From: a virus
Taxonomy: Duplodnaviria > Caudoviricetes
IMG/VR virus record: IMGVR_UViG_2974782369_000001
Coordinates: 96,001 to 160,000 of that record
Reading direction: 5' to 3' (one strand)
DNA length: 64,000 nucleotides
Positions 26,002 through 36,479 of the stretch are shown here, piece by piece; the first letter of the stretch is position 1, and each line of letters begins with the position of its first letter. The translations under genes were made by a program, and so were the position numbers. Below the pieces are notes generated by a model. The model was given only the letters and a program-made list of their open reading frames with translations. It did no database searches and was not told the DNA's origin.

Positions 26002-27378
26002 TCACATGAGGTTAGCAACCTGGACGCGACGATAGTAGCGGTTGCTATTAGCGGTGAGAGCACCGCTGCCCTGGGTGAGACCTTGAGCGAAGGGATTCGA
26101 GACCATGCCGTAGCGAGTCTTGAAGCCAATCTTGGGCTGGAAGGTGTCAGGGTTGATAGCACGGACCTGCTGGAGGGGGACGTAGGGGCAATAGAAGAGA
26201 CCTGCGTCATAGGGGCTGGTGCCCTTATAACCAGCAACGTAGAAGTGCTTATCAGCAACGTTTGCCGAATAAGGATCAACGTAGACCTTGATGCGACCGT
26301 TGAGAGTACCAACGAGAGTGCTGGAGGTGTCATCAACACCAGTCAGACCATTGTTGCCAGCGAGAGCAGGGGTGTAATCGAGGACGCCTGCCATGCCGAG
26401 TGCCGAAGCAACGTCAGCGGAGCAGATCAGGACATTACCCTTGCCACGACGAGTTTGCTGACCGATTGCGTTTGCATCGCGCTCGATCTGGAAAAGCAGA
26501 CCCTTAAACTTCTCAACCGACCAACGACCGTTGGAATCAACGTCAAGGTCAAAGATACCAGCGTTAGCGGTGTTGTTTTGAGCACCAGCAACAGCGTTAG
26601 TGTAGATGGTACGGACAACTTCACGGTTGATCTCAGCGAGGATCTCAGTGCTGAGGATGTTTGCGAGCTCTTGCTCAGCATCGAGACCATGGATCGCCTT
26701 GAGATCCTGTGCCATTTCGATGCTGTATTCTGCCTTCAGGGCGCGTGCTCTTGCGGTGACGGTGACCTTCTCGATCGAGAAACCCATCTCACGGAAAGCA
26801 GTGCCAGCTGCAGCGTCAGAAAGTGCTTCAGCAGTAGCGGTGGTCATGCCAGTTGCATCGCCTGCCTGCTCATAGGTGCCAGCGGGGCTGTCATTGAGGA
26901 GACCAGGGTTGTTACCTTCTGCATCGTTGTCGGCAGAGCCAGATGCACCAGGATCGTAGGTGCCAGGACCACCAGAGAAACCAGCGTTGGGCTCGTTGAA
27001 GAATGCTTCATCGTAGCCAGCTGCTGCGGGGTTACGCTCTGCGCCATAGTTGGTACGCATTGCGAAGATAAGACCTGTAGGACCAGTCATTGGCTGGACG
27101 CCTGCAACGTCATAAGCGATCAGTTGGGGCATCGAGCGACGGATCAGGGAGATCAGTACGGGATCGAAACCAGCAACGGGACCAGTTGCGGTGTCACCAC
27201 CAGTGTAGCCTGTGGTTTGGAGAGTTTCGGTGAGGATCTTACCTTCCTCAGCGATTGCTCTTTCTTGGTTTTCAAGAAGTTGTGCGACAACGCCTTTCTT
27301 ATAGGTGTCCTTGATCTCAGGAAGAGAATCGTGGTTAAGAACGGGTGCCCACTTTTCTTGTAAGGATGCGAATGCCAT
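26002..27378 (-). CDS. g23: Major capsid protein gp23
   Basis: EKWAPVL, GVQPMTGPTGLIFAMR, EILAEINRE, YCPYVP, FQPKIGFKTRYG. Confidence 0.99.
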   Translation of the reverse strand: MAFASLQEKWAPVLNHDSLPEIKDTYKKGVVAQLLENQERAIAEEGKILTETLQTTGYTGGDTATGPVAGFDPVLISLIRRSMPQLIAYDVAGVQPMTGPTGLIFAMRTNYGAERNPAAAGYDEAFFNEPNAGFSGGPGTYDPGASGSADNDAEGNNPGLLNDSPAGTYEQAGDATGMTTATAEALSDAAAGTAFREMGFSIEKVTVTARARALKAEYSIEMAQDLKAIHGLDAEQELANILSTEILAEINREVVRTIYTNAVAGAQNNTANAGIFDLDVDSNGRWSVEKFKGLLFQIERDANAIGQQTRRGKGNVLICSADVASALGMAGVLDYTPALAGNNGLTGVDDTSSTLVGTLNGRIKVYVDPYSANVADKHFYVAGYKGTSPYDAGLFYCPYVPLQQVRAINPDTFQPKIGFKTRYGMVSNPFAQGLTQGSGALTANSNRYYRRVQVANLM

Positions 27379-27420
27379 TGATTGTTGCTCCGTTTAAAAA
27401 AAAGTAGTTTTACAAATTAA

Positions 27421-28443
27421 TCATTTAGACCACATCTTAAGTGCATCCACGTACTTCGACATGGTGCCAGATGTAGTGTCTTCTACAAGGGGCTCACTTC
27501 TGTCCTCGGTAGGATCCACAGATTGCTCTGCTACCTTGCGAGTGAAGTAGGATTCCTTGATTGTTTCGATTTTCTTACGAAAATCTGCTTCAGTTTCAAA
27601 CTCAACACCCTCTGCTAGAGAAGCGAGCTTCTCTTTTTGGGTCTCTGCGAGACCTGCAGCGCACTCGTTCACGATTTCCATTTTGATATAAGAACCAACT
27701 CTCTTATTGAGTTGGACGTTGGCGTCGATTTGCTCGTTGAGTTTAGCTTCCATCTCATCAAGCTCTTCAACCATGCCGTCAAGCAGGTTGAATTTCTCTT
27801 CGGGCACACTCATGTTGTGCTCAATGAAGAGAGTCTTTAGACCGTCAAAGAACGACTCCGAAATTTCATTCTTAATGCCGTGCTCGATCTGGAGTGCATT
27901 TTCCTTCATCCAGGTCTCAGCGACATAAGAAAGGTAGTCGTCAACTTTAGCAGCCAATTCTGTTTTGATGCTCTCGACTTCTTCAGTCAGAGTAGCTTCA
28001 AATGCTTCGGTGATCGCTGCAACTTCATCATTGACTTTAGCAGTTACTGCTGCTTCAAAGATTGTTGCTGCGCGTTGTCTGAATTCTTCGGAGAGCTCTT
28101 CACCAGCGACAAGAGCGTCAACATCCTCAGTAAAGTCGTATTTGGTTTCAGCGAGGGTTTCCTCTTCGCCATCTTCTACGTCCTCCATTTTAGCGGATGC
28201 ATCAGAAGGTTTGGTCTTCAGGGACTTGTCACCTTCGTGCTTCACTGCACCTGCAGCAGAAGCGCCAGCATTTTTAGTGCCCTTAGCACCTTCTTCGGAA
28301 TCAGAGGTTACCGTGATCACCTTAGTAGCGCCACCCTTAGAGGTGTCGATTTTCTCACCAGGCTTAGCATTTTTGGTGACGGGATCAGAACCTTCGGCCA
28401 CTGTTTCCATGTTATCTAACTCTTTGTCGAGGGATTCAGACAT
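27421..28443 (-). CDS. g22: Prohead core scaffold gp22
   Basis: LSEEF...TIFEAAV, VDDYL.YV.E.W..EN, KIETIKESYF; start at 28443 with GGAG SD. Confidence 0.93.
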   Translation of the reverse strand: MSESLDKELDNMETVAEGSDPVTKNAKPGEKIDTSKGGATKVITVTSDSEEGAKGTKNAGASAAGAVKHEGDKSLKTKPSDASAKMEDVEDGEEETLAETKYDFTEDVDALVAGEELSEEFRQRAATIFEAAVTAKVNDEVAAITEAFEATLTEEVESIKTELAAKVDDYLSYVAETWMKENALQIEHGIKNEISESFFDGLKTLFIEHNMSVPEEKFNLLDGMVEELDEMEAKLNEQIDANVQLNKRVGSYIKMEIVNECAAGLAETQKEKLASLAEGVEFETEADFRKKIETIKESYFTRKVAEQSVDPTEDRSEPLVEDTTSGTMSKYVDALKMWSK

Positions 28444-28479
28444 TTGATCTACTCCGTTTAGCATTTGTTTGTCTATGTT

Positions 28480-28487
28480 TATTTATA
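28480..28487 (-). promoter_or_regulatory. Late promoter TATAAATA (g22)
   Basis: Perfect T4 late consensus. Confidence 0.85.
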
Positions 28488-28489
28488 AA

Positions 28490-29134
28490 TTACAAACTCT
28501 TCAGAAACGCCTTGAACGCGGAAATCTTGCGCTCTTGAAGATTGATTAGAGTTGCTTGGTCAATTTCATCCTTAATTGCTGCTACAGCAGACTCTTTGAG
28601 GATTCCATTTTCCCAAACCCACTCTTTTCCTTCCATAATTCCATCAACAAATGCATCAGGAGCAGAAGGATCTGCTACGATATCAGCAGCGGTGGCAAGC
28701 ATAAAGTCATCTGCAACAACGTTGCAACCTTCTCTTTTAACTAGGGATCCCATTCCGCGAGAAGAGACACCTAACTTGACACCTTCATCAAGCAGACTTT
28801 TTGCAATGTTGCCCATTGGTGTATCAAGAATTTGAGCACGACCAATGAAGTTATTGCCTTCTTGTTTGAGAGATGTAATACGATGAGAAACACGATCTAA
28901 ATTGATCGAGGGACCATCAGGATGACCCAACTCACCAAGAGCACGTCCTTTCTGGATGTAACTCTCATCATATTTAGCAACTTCTCTAGCGAGAGTTTTC
29001 ACAGGATACATTCTGCCATTGCGGTTTTGGATCTCCGCTTGCAGAAAGATACCTTCGATGAAGTGACGCTTTTTGCCATCACTCTCTTCGGTAAGAAAAT
29101 CTACTTGTGTTACTTCTTCACTGATCAGTTTCAT
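28490..29134 (-). CDS. g21: Prohead protease gp21
   Basis: NRNGRMY, GELGHP, VSSRGMGS, DIVADPSAP; start at MKLISE (29134). Confidence 0.95.
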   Translation of the reverse strand: MKLISEEVTQVDFLTEESDGKKRHFIEGIFLQAEIQNRNGRMYPVKTLAREVAKYDESYIQKGRALGELGHPDGPSINLDRVSHRITSLKQEGNNFIGRAQILDTPMGNIAKSLLDEGVKLGVSSRGMGSLVKREGCNVVADDFMLATAADIVADPSAPDAFVDGIMEGKEWVWENGILKESAVAAIKDEIDQATLINLQERKISAFKAFLKSL

Positions 29135-29420
29135 CGGTTGTTTCCTCTTCGGTTTCTGGGGTTTCTTCTTCCGCCGAAGCTTCAACTTCGGTTTCATCTT
29201 CATCTGGGGTATTATCGGGTAGTGCATCAGAAACTGCATCTGCAGCATCTTGAGCAGTATCACCCAAATCAAAACCCATCGTCTTAGCAAATTCCAACTT
29301 TCGTTGTTGGACTAAATCGTAGGTAATACCAGCAAGGGCATCTTTTGTCGCGTCAAGTGCTTTGGATTTTTCATCTCCAAAGATACGATTAATAATTTCA
29401 GCAGCAATTTCAGAAGGCAT
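29118..29420 (-). CDS. Acidic prohead core protein (gp67/68-like)
   Basis: Lies between g20 and g21, acidic tail; late promoter AATAAATA at 29442-29449. Confidence 0.7.
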   Translation of the reverse strand: MPSEIAAEIINRIFGDEKSKALDATKDALAGITYDLVQQRKLEFAKTMGFDLGDTAQDAADAVSDALPDNTPDEDETEVEASAEEETPETEEETTDETDQ

Positions 29421-29451
29421 GATAATAGTGTCCAATACTAATATTTATTAT

Positions 29452-31053
29452 TTAGAATTCTCCTCGTTTTAGGTCCGAGGGATCAGGACCCATTTCTTCC
29501 GCAGGTGGTTGTGCCATTTCTGCAGGAGGTGCTTCACCACCCATAGCAGCAGGATCTTCCATAGCAGCAGGATCAGCAATAATACCTGCTTCCATTTCCG
29601 CTTCAATCTGCTCATCAATTTCCTTGATTTCAACGTCAGTTTGTTTCAGGACTTGACGGCGAATGTATTCGACGCTAAAGTATTTTCCAACATAGGGATC
29701 CATCGAGTTGACAATATTGAGACGCTCGTTAGTAATCTCATTATCTTTCAACTCACTGAAGTAGTTGTCCGCAATGTAATCAAACTGGACATGCTCCTTC
29801 ATCTCATCCCATTCTTCAATGGTAATGATGCCTTTGAGGACGAGTTGTGTCTTCAGAAGATCAGTAAACAATTCGGAGAAACGCTTACGAAGACGAGCAA
29901 CAAACTTTTGGAATTTAACTTCGTCACGAGTGATTTCAGCAGCACGACCAATATTGAAAGTCGTTTCTGTTTCTAAACGAGACGAGGGAACGTTGAGTGC
30001 CTTGTAAAGTTTCTTTTGGAAATACTTAACGTCTTCCAACTCACCCAAGTTTTGACCACCAGGAAGAGTTGTGATCTCAGTGCCACGACCACCTTCACGA
30101 CGAGGAAGCCAGAAGTCTTCCAACATGGACATAAACTTCTTGTCGTCTTTAATCTCGCCAGTGTTGGCATCGTATACAAGTTTGTTACGATAGCGACCCA
30201 TGACTTCGCGCAGATATTGCTCTGCCTTATTCTTGGGAAGATTACCAACATCGATGTAGAAAATTCTACGCTCAGGTGCTCTACTCAAACGATAGATAAC
30301 CAGAGAGTCTTCAATCATGCGGAGTTGGTTAACCGCTTTGATTGCTTTGTGTAGGTGCGAAAGCACCATGTTTTTGTTGAGATCTTGAATACCAGAGTGG
30401 CAATAGCAGATAGAATCTGGTGCAATCTTCAAACCCTGGTTGGTAGAATTCTTTAAACCTTTTGGATCATACAAGAAATACTCTGCTGCCTTTGCAGTCA
30501 GTGCTTCATTGAGAGGAGCACCACGCAACTGCTCAGGTCTCTTTTGCTCATGCTCTGTAATTTTGCGAATCTTACGGGGATCGATATAACGTAACTCAAT
30601 CAAACCACCACTGGGATTCTGTGGATCAATTACTTTATGATAGAATAGTCTGCCGTCAACATACCAACGACGGAAGATTTCATACGAGCGATTTTCAAAA
30701 TCGAGAAGACGAAGAATCTCATGAAACTCTTCTCGGATTAACTTTTTAATTTTATCAGAAACTTTGAGATTTGATAACTCCACCTCTACAGGCACGTCAT
30801 CAAAGTTTCCACAAATAGTTTCATTGACAATATCATCAACTGCACTATCACATTCTGGTTGTAAAACCATCTCTCGATATCGAGAGATTAACTGATATTC
30901 ATTACGAACAGTTCCGTCGAAGTCAACGGTATAACCATAGTAACCACCACCAGATACTGGCTGTGATCCATCTAAGTTATCCTTTTGCACGAAAGAAGGC
31001 CCTTTTGGGGCCTTCTTAGCACGATCCAACGAAAATCCAAATAGTTGAGACAT
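29452..31053 (-). CDS. g20: Portal protein gp20
   Basis: YRLSRAPERRIFYIDVGNLP, EDFWLPRREGGRGTEI, EITRDE; late promoter GATAAATA at 31081-31088. Confidence 0.98.
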   Translation of the reverse strand: MSQLFGFSLDRAKKAPKGPSFVQKDNLDGSQPVSGGGYYGYTVDFDGTVRNEYQLISRYREMVLQPECDSAVDDIVNETICGNFDDVPVEVELSNLKVSDKIKKLIREEFHEILRLLDFENRSYEIFRRWYVDGRLFYHKVIDPQNPSGGLIELRYIDPRKIRKITEHEQKRPEQLRGAPLNEALTAKAAEYFLYDPKGLKNSTNQGLKIAPDSICYCHSGIQDLNKNMVLSHLHKAIKAVNQLRMIEDSLVIYRLSRAPERRIFYIDVGNLPKNKAEQYLREVMGRYRNKLVYDANTGEIKDDKKFMSMLEDFWLPRREGGRGTEITTLPGGQNLGELEDVKYFQKKLYKALNVPSSRLETETTFNIGRAAEITRDEVKFQKFVARLRKRFSELFTDLLKTQLVLKGIITIEEWDEMKEHVQFDYIADNYFSELKDNEITNERLNIVNSMDPYVGKYFSVEYIRRQVLKQTDVEIKEIDEQIEAEMEAGIIADPAAMEDPAAMGGEAPPAEMAQPPAEEMGPDPSDLKRGEF

Positions 31054-31102
31054 TATGTGCTTTGAATTAATTCCCTGATATATTTATCAGGGTTTAAATT
31101 CC

Positions 31103-31687
31103 TCAGTTTCCTTCGACTGCTTGAGGTGCCCAATACTGGACTTGAAGCTCAACAGTGAATTCTTCAATAGCATCATTGTTGCCGTAATCAAGATCGATTG
31201 CGGAAATGTTGCTGGGGAATACGTTGTAGAATTTGTAAGACTTGAGAATCTTGGGAGACTCACCATCCTTGATATCACGAGCGAGTTGATGGACGCTCAT
31301 GTCTGCAAAGTAACCAGTTGCGTCACTTGCATCACCAAGAGAACCAGCGGCAGTAAAGTTTTCATTTGCTGCTTGAATGCTGTTTGCCCAAAGTTCGAAT
31401 GCATTTCTAAGGACAAACTTGCTATCATTCATGATAGTAATTGTCCAAGGCTCGAATGTGCGGTCACCAGCGATCTTTAATACACGACCTCTGAAAGGCA
31501 CTTCGATAACACCAATCTGAGAAGCAGGAAGGTTTGCTGCTCTTACCGTAAACTTGCCGAAGGTGCTGAGTGCAGATTCGTTAATAATTCCAGTAGGGAA
31601 GTTAAGGTCTACTTGGAATAGATTAGGTCTAGCAAAGTCACTGACTACACTAGCCTTAAAGTCATCAATAGTTCCTCTAATTGCCAT
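31103..31687 (-). CDS. g19: Tail tube protein gp19
   Basis: ARPNLFQV, VPFRGR.LKIAGDRTFEPWT, IEEFTV; late promoter at 31713-31720. Confidence 0.96.
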   Translation of the reverse strand: MAIRGTIDDFKASVVSDFARPNLFQVDLNFPTGIINESALSTFGKFTVRAANLPASQIGVIEVPFRGRVLKIAGDRTFEPWTITIMNDSKFVLRNAFELWANSIQAANENFTAAGSLGDASDATGYFADMSVHQLARDIKDGESPKILKSYKFYNVFPSNISAIDLDYGNNDAIEEFTVELQVQYWAPQAVEGN

Positions 31688-31727
31688 GGTTCTTAAATGT
31701 CTCCGTCGTTAATATTTAGACTAATTA

Positions 31728-31758
31728 AAAATTTCAGGGGGTCTTTCGACCCCCCTTT
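31728..31758 (-). terminator. Hairpin/terminator after g18
   Basis: GGGGGTC-GAAA-GACCCCC followed by TGAAATTTT (displaced U-tract). Confidence 0.6.
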
Positions 31759-31761
31759 AAA

Positions 31762-34020
31762 TCAGTTAGCGACTTCGCTGAAGGAAACGCCCGTGCGGGT
31801 TGCCACGAAGGACAAGGTTACGAAGTTAATCGTGCGGGTTGGTTTCACGAAGATCTCAGCGTAGAATTCGCCACGATCAACTGCATCAGGTGGGTTGTTG
31901 GTTTCATCGCACTTGACGAGGAAGTCAGTTACACCACGACGACCTTGGACATCACGGAGATATGGCTCAACGATGTTGATAAAGAGGTTTCTTTGTGCCT
32001 CATCGTTTTGCTCAAAGAGTTGAGTCTTCGCTGCTTGACCGATAACTCTCTCGATAACGAGGAAGAGACGGCGGACGTTGATGCGATCAAATGCAGAAGC
32101 GAAACCTTGTGCAGTTTTATCACCGAAGAGGACAATGCCCTGACCAGGGAAAGAAACGACTGGGTTGACACGGTTTGCATATAATGTATCACGCTGAGTC
32201 TTATTGGGGGAGAATGCTAGTTTAATTGCATTTCTCAAAACACCACGAGAGAAACCTGCGGGCGAATACCAGGGCTCTGCAGTCTCAGCAGTTTGTAAGC
32301 AAAGACCTGCAACGTCACCATTGCAAGGGACATAACGATAAACATCATTATACTTATCGTAGATATACTTATAACCGCTGTCAAATACAGCATAGTTAGA
32401 AGAAGAAACCTGATCAAAGTAGTTTACAATATTGTTTGTGATTTGCTGTGTATCGGTCAAACCAATAACATCAGATCTCTTAGGCGAGAAGAATGCCATG
32501 CAATCGCGGCGCTCTTCAACAATATTGATTAAGGTTGTTGCTTTTGCAATTGCAGAAGCATCATCAGCACCTGCAGGACCAGAGAGGAGGAAATCAACGG
32601 TCTGCGACTCGGGGTCATCAACTAAACCATAGGCAGTTGCAATTGCGGTGTTGGTAACAGAGTATGCACCACCAACGTTGGTGTAAGTTACACCACCAGC
32701 GAGTCTATAGTAGAAAGTGCCATTATTTTTAGATCCAACAGTGATTGCACCAGATGGATATGCAGTTGTGCCAGCAGCAGAGCGAAGAAGATTAAAACGA
32801 CGGTTAAGTGCAGTCTGTCCCCAATCACCATCAGAAGCAACAGTATTACCAGCAAATGCTGCTGTTTCGTGGGATCCCCAATAGATGTATCTGGACTTTT
32901 GCTTAATTACTTCCTTATAGTAATTAACTTCGCCAACGGAAGTCTTAGCATCGCTGCCCTTTGAAACACCAATGAAACGCTCAAGGACCGAACCAGGGTT
33001 GCCAGTGACTTTGCCATCAACGTCAATGACTAAGATGTGCAATTCGTCATTAGATCCACCAACACCATTTGCATAGAGAGAGGTGCCAGGGCGAGGAGCA
33101 ACGTTGATCCACTTAGAACCAGGAAGATACTCACGCTCGTTATACTCGGTGCGAGCAGAAGTAACTGCAACAGAAGTGGAGTTGGTATCCAGAATAGCGT
33201 CGGTTGCTGCGAAACCAACACTTGCATCATTTAAACCAACATAAAGTAAACGTTGAATGCCACCAGTTGCAACGTCTGCAGTGTTAGTGCCTTGAGTTAC
33301 GGTTTGACCGTCAGCAATGATACCAGTAACACCACCACCAGGAAGTGCAATTTCTAGGATTTTGTTTGCAGAATCCCATGCGAGGACATCAACAGCTTCG
33401 TTAGATCCACCGATGTTAATTGTAGTTGCGTCACCAGGAACAAAAGCACCAACAACGCTGGTTAATGTTAAACGAAGACCATACTTGTATACTTTACCAG
33501 CAGCGCCAGATGCAGTGGAGACTGCTTCGTCAGCAACAAACTCATGCTCGTTACCTGCACTAGGAGCAGGGAGGACAAGAATTTGATCTGGACCAGCGTC
33601 AGTTACAAAGACACCAATGGAGTTACCCAGAGTGCCAGGAGTGCGTGCTGCCCATTCCCAAGTATTAGAGTTGCTAGCTTCGTAAGTTGTTTCGTAATCT
33701 TGGAGATTTTTGATTAGTGGTGCAGTACCAACATTAACTGCGCTCTTCAGTGCAGTGTCTGCAAGACGGATAGTCTTGAGGATACCACCATAAGAAAGGA
33801 ATTGCGATGCGGTAAACCAAAACTCGTAGTTGTAATCGTCAGGCTCACCAAAAGTATTTACAAGTTGTCTCTCGGAAGAAATGTCAACAATTTCCTCTAC
33901 AGGACCTTGCGAAAATGGTGCCGCCAATACACCTACATTAAGACCAACGGGAGTAGTTACTGTAGTAAGGTCTCTCTCCTGAATAACTACGCCTGGCGAA
34001 AGCTGATTGGATGCACTCAT
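31762..34020 (-). CDS. g18: Tail sheath protein gp18
   Basis: SPGV...ERDLT, WYSPAG..RG, FDRINVRRLF, FEQND, KPTRTINFV; TATAAATA at 34062-34069. Confidence 0.98.
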   Translation of the reverse strand: MSASNQLSPGVVIQERDLTTVTTPVGLNVGVLAAPFSQGPVEEIVDISSERQLVNTFGEPDDYNYEFWFTASQFLSYGGILKTIRLADTALKSAVNVGTAPLIKNLQDYETTYEASNSNTWEWAARTPGTLGNSIGVFVTDAGPDQILVLPAPSAGNEHEFVADEAVSTASGAAGKVYKYGLRLTLTSVVGAFVPGDATTINIGGSNEAVDVLAWDSANKILEIALPGGGVTGIIADGQTVTQGTNTADVATGGIQRLLYVGLNDASVGFAATDAILDTNSTSVAVTSARTEYNEREYLPGSKWINVAPRPGTSLYANGVGGSNDELHILVIDVDGKVTGNPGSVLERFIGVSKGSDAKTSVGEVNYYKEVIKQKSRYIYWGSHETAAFAGNTVASDGDWGQTALNRRFNLLRSAAGTTAYPSGAITVGSKNNGTFYYRLAGGVTYTNVGGAYSVTNTAIATAYGLVDDPESQTVDFLLSGPAGADDASAIAKATTLINIVEERRDCMAFFSPKRSDVIGLTDTQQITNNIVNYFDQVSSSNYAVFDSGYKYIYDKYNDVYRYVPCNGDVAGLCLQTAETAEPWYSPAGFSRGVLRNAIKLAFSPNKTQRDTLYANRVNPVVSFPGQGIVLFGDKTAQGFASAFDRINVRRLFLVIERVIGQAAKTQLFEQNDEAQRNLFINIVEPYLRDVQGRRGVTDFLVKCDETNNPPDAVDRGEFYAEIFVKPTRTINFVTLSFVATRTGVSFSEVAN

Positions 34021-34080
34021 GTTTATAACTCCTAGAAAACGGTTCAGCGATTGTCTAGGATTATTTATATTTTTGAAACT

Positions 34081-35730
34081 TTACCTATACTCCCACATGT
34101 ATGATTTATCTCCGTATTCTGCGGTGGTCCAAACGTCTCCTTCAGCATCTTTATAGTAGTCAGATCCCAAACCATCATCCATGAAACCAAAAGGTGCCAT
34201 GTCCTGCTCAATCGCTTCTCTTTGGTCCGCGTAGATTCTCGCCCTTACATCATTATCATTCAATTCTTTAAAGTATGGTTGCATGGTCATCCACGCAAAA
34301 ATTACCATACACATTGCCAAGTCATCATTACAACCTTCTTCCGCTTGGAATGTCTGACCCTTTTGGATGAAAGTGGTTAACTCAGCAATACAATCATAAT
34401 CAGGAATCAATAATTTATCGTCTTCAATCAATACTTTTAGATTAGAGCAACCAACTTGCTTGACCGCCGAAGACATTTTAATCCCCATTTGAGTTTTCTT
34501 ACCTGAAAAACCTTGACCAAGTTGTTGACCTGCTCTTCCGCGCATTGCAACCATTAGAAGATTATCATACTCAAGATCATACTGAATAATATCAGCAACC
34601 TGACCACCAACATCATTCACCTCAACCAAAACAAATGCATGATTATAATTTTTGGCAACGTCTACAATCACATTGGGAAATAGGATTGGTTTGATGTCGT
34701 TATTTCTATATCGTGCAACTACTCGATAGGGAATTGTAGTTGTATCAACCACCAAGAACGCAGAATAATCTCCTGATACTCCTCTAGCAACGTCTGCTGT
34801 AATGACATATTGATGCCCCTCCTCCGTTTTTTCATACATTGAAAGTCCGTTTTTTTCCGCAATGGGATCCCCATATGCCATTGTCCTCAACTTACTTGGA
34901 CTGATTAAAGTATCGACAGATCCTAGAAATTCACACTCAAACTCAACTCGGAATTGAGATTCAGAAGTGTTTTTAATCGTCTGCTCTTTCCATGCAGCAT
35001 CTCTACCAGGGACTTGCGACCAGTGGACTTCTGTTGGTATGTATTCATTTGCGCCACGCTCTGCATCATGCCAGAGCTTGTAAAACATATTCATCCCGTG
35101 TGGCGTTGAGATGATAATTACTTTGGTTGACTTACCAGAAGATACAGTAGGATAAACAGAGCTAAAGAACTGGTCAGCGATATGATTCGGAACGAACGCG
35201 AATTCGTCCAGAAAAATAACGTTAAAAGACATACCCCTGACGGCACTAGCCGAAGTAGATGCAGCCAGGATTTTGCTTCCATTTTCCAATTCCAAACTAC
35301 CTCTGTTCCATTGGAGGATTCCCTGTTGGAGCCATTTGGGGAGGTTTTCATATGATAACTGCAGACGACCTAACATTTCACGGGCAGTCGCTGCTTTGTT
35401 TGCAAGGATTGCTACGTTGACATTTTGATTGAATAGGACATACCAAAGAAGGTATGCGGTAACGATAGTAGACTTACCAGACTGACGAGGTAACTTAGCA
35501 ATGTTAAATCTATTCTCATGAAAACTTTTCACCATATCGACTTGGAAGTCATACATGGTGAAAGGAATAACACCTTCATCCAGAGAAACGATCTTGATAT
35601 AATTTAGAATAAAATATACAGGATCTTCGGAGCATCGAATATACTCCTGCACTTCTTCAGGAGAAAACTCAGTAGCAACGTTTGCTTTCTTTAGATTTGG
35701 ATTACCAAGATATACGTCATTCGTGCTCAT
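34081..35730 (-). CDS. g17: Terminase large subunit gp17
   Basis: YLGNPNLK, PRQSGKST, FLDEFAF, ISTP.G, DVARG, DDLAM. Confidence 0.98.
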   Translation of the reverse strand: MSTNDVYLGNPNLKKANVATEFSPEEVQEYIRCSEDPVYFILNYIKIVSLDEGVIPFTMYDFQVDMVKSFHENRFNIAKLPRQSGKSTIVTAYLLWYVLFNQNVNVAILANKAATAREMLGRLQLSYENLPKWLQQGILQWNRGSLELENGSKILAASTSASAVRGMSFNVIFLDEFAFVPNHIADQFFSSVYPTVSSGKSTKVIIISTPHGMNMFYKLWHDAERGANEYIPTEVHWSQVPGRDAAWKEQTIKNTSESQFRVEFECEFLGSVDTLISPSKLRTMAYGDPIAEKNGLSMYEKTEEGHQYVITADVARGVSGDYSAFLVVDTTTIPYRVVARYRNNDIKPILFPNVIVDVAKNYNHAFVLVEVNDVGGQVADIIQYDLEYDNLLMVAMRGRAGQQLGQGFSGKKTQMGIKMSSAVKQVGCSNLKVLIEDDKLLIPDYDCIAELTTFIQKGQTFQAEEGCNDDLAMCMVIFAWMTMQPYFKELNDNDVRARIYADQREAIEQDMAPFGFMDDGLGSDYYKDAEGDVWTTAEYGDKSYMWEYR

Positions 35731-35810
35731 TTTCTATTTCTCACAGGCCAAGTTGATTCCATTCCTACTACTAGTAAGATTGCGAATCCAAAAACAAAGA
35801 GTGCGCTCAT
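35727..35810 (-). CDS. 27-aa single-TM microprotein
   Basis: MSALFVFGFAILLVVGMESTWPVRNRK; ATGA coupling on both sides. Confidence 0.55.
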   Translation of the reverse strand: MSALFVFGFAILLVVGMESTWPVRNRK

Positions 35811-36265
35811 ACTAATGTCCCATGCTGTCTGCGGATTTCACGCAACTCTTCAAAGTCTTTTTGCTTAGTGCCACCATCGTATGCCCAAGCATAACCCTCT
35901 TCGATCATTTGCTCGTTGAGCGAGAGCTCTGCGTCTCCAATGTATAACCATCCGAGTAGTCTGCCATATTTGCCAACACCCCCAACAAGCTCAGTACGAA
36001 CAGTGAGCTCATCATCACCAGCAATCGCACCTTCGAGTTTTTCTTTGAGCCAGTTTGTTGCGTCATATCCCAGTGCTTTTTCTTCGTCGTCTTTTGTGCG
36101 TTTTTCTGGGGTGTCAACACCAGCAACTCTAACTCTTTCTTTTTTATAAAGATCAAAACCGAGATCAATCGTGACATCGATCGTGTCTCCATCCAGCACC
36201 CTATCTATGCTGATCACTCGGAAATTGTAACAACTCTTCCGACTGGGGGGTGTCATCGCTCCCAT
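35807..36265 (-). CDS. Thermonuclease (SNase-like) family nuclease
   Basis: VLDGDTIDV, RVAGVDTPE, GKYGRLLG, LNEQMIEEGYA. Confidence 0.9.
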   Translation of the reverse strand: MGAMTPPSRKSCYNFRVISIDRVLDGDTIDVTIDLGFDLYKKERVRVAGVDTPEKRTKDDEEKALGYDATNWLKEKLEGAIAGDDELTVRTELVGGVGKYGRLLGWLYIGDAELSLNEQMIEEGYAWAYDGGTKQKDFEELREIRRQHGTLV

Positions 36266-36476
36266 AATTTTCCTTCCTATGAAATCCTTCAGGTTCAGTA
36301 TTATGTATCCAAGTTTTTAATCTTGATACATATTGCCTCAATAAGTCTGCCTGGTTCAGATGAAATGTATCTTGAGATTCAAAATACAACTTGTTGTGGA
36401 GATCAACCCCATCTAAGCACTTCTTTATAATAGGATTCCAGGGCTCCCTAAAAGAAGTATTCCATTCTCGTGGCAT
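36201..36476 (-). CDS. Hypothetical protein
   Basis: MPREWNT..REPWN...; part of the tightly packed microgene run. Confidence 0.65.
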   Translation of the reverse strand: MPREWNTSFREPWNPIIKKCLDGVDLHNKLYFESQDTFHLNQADLLRQYVSRLKTWIHNTEPEGFHRKENYGSDDTPQSEELLQFPSDQHR

Positions 36477-36479
36477 ACT

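Noticed and set aside
26083-27363. 426-aa antisense ORF opposite g23
   Set aside because: In-register shadow of a highly biased gene that avoids TTA/CTA/TCA codons; no SD, promoter or protein-like motifs
28490-29290. Extended N-termini in the ORF track (g21 from 29290, porin from 1218, cobT-like from 15762, the ORF from 8366)
   Set aside because: Downstream ATGs with SD sequences or family-typical N-termini fit better; the extensions overlap promoters or other genes
26002-35730. Introns or inteins in g17, g18, g20, g23
   Set aside because: All are uninterrupted and of normal length for cyanomyoviruses
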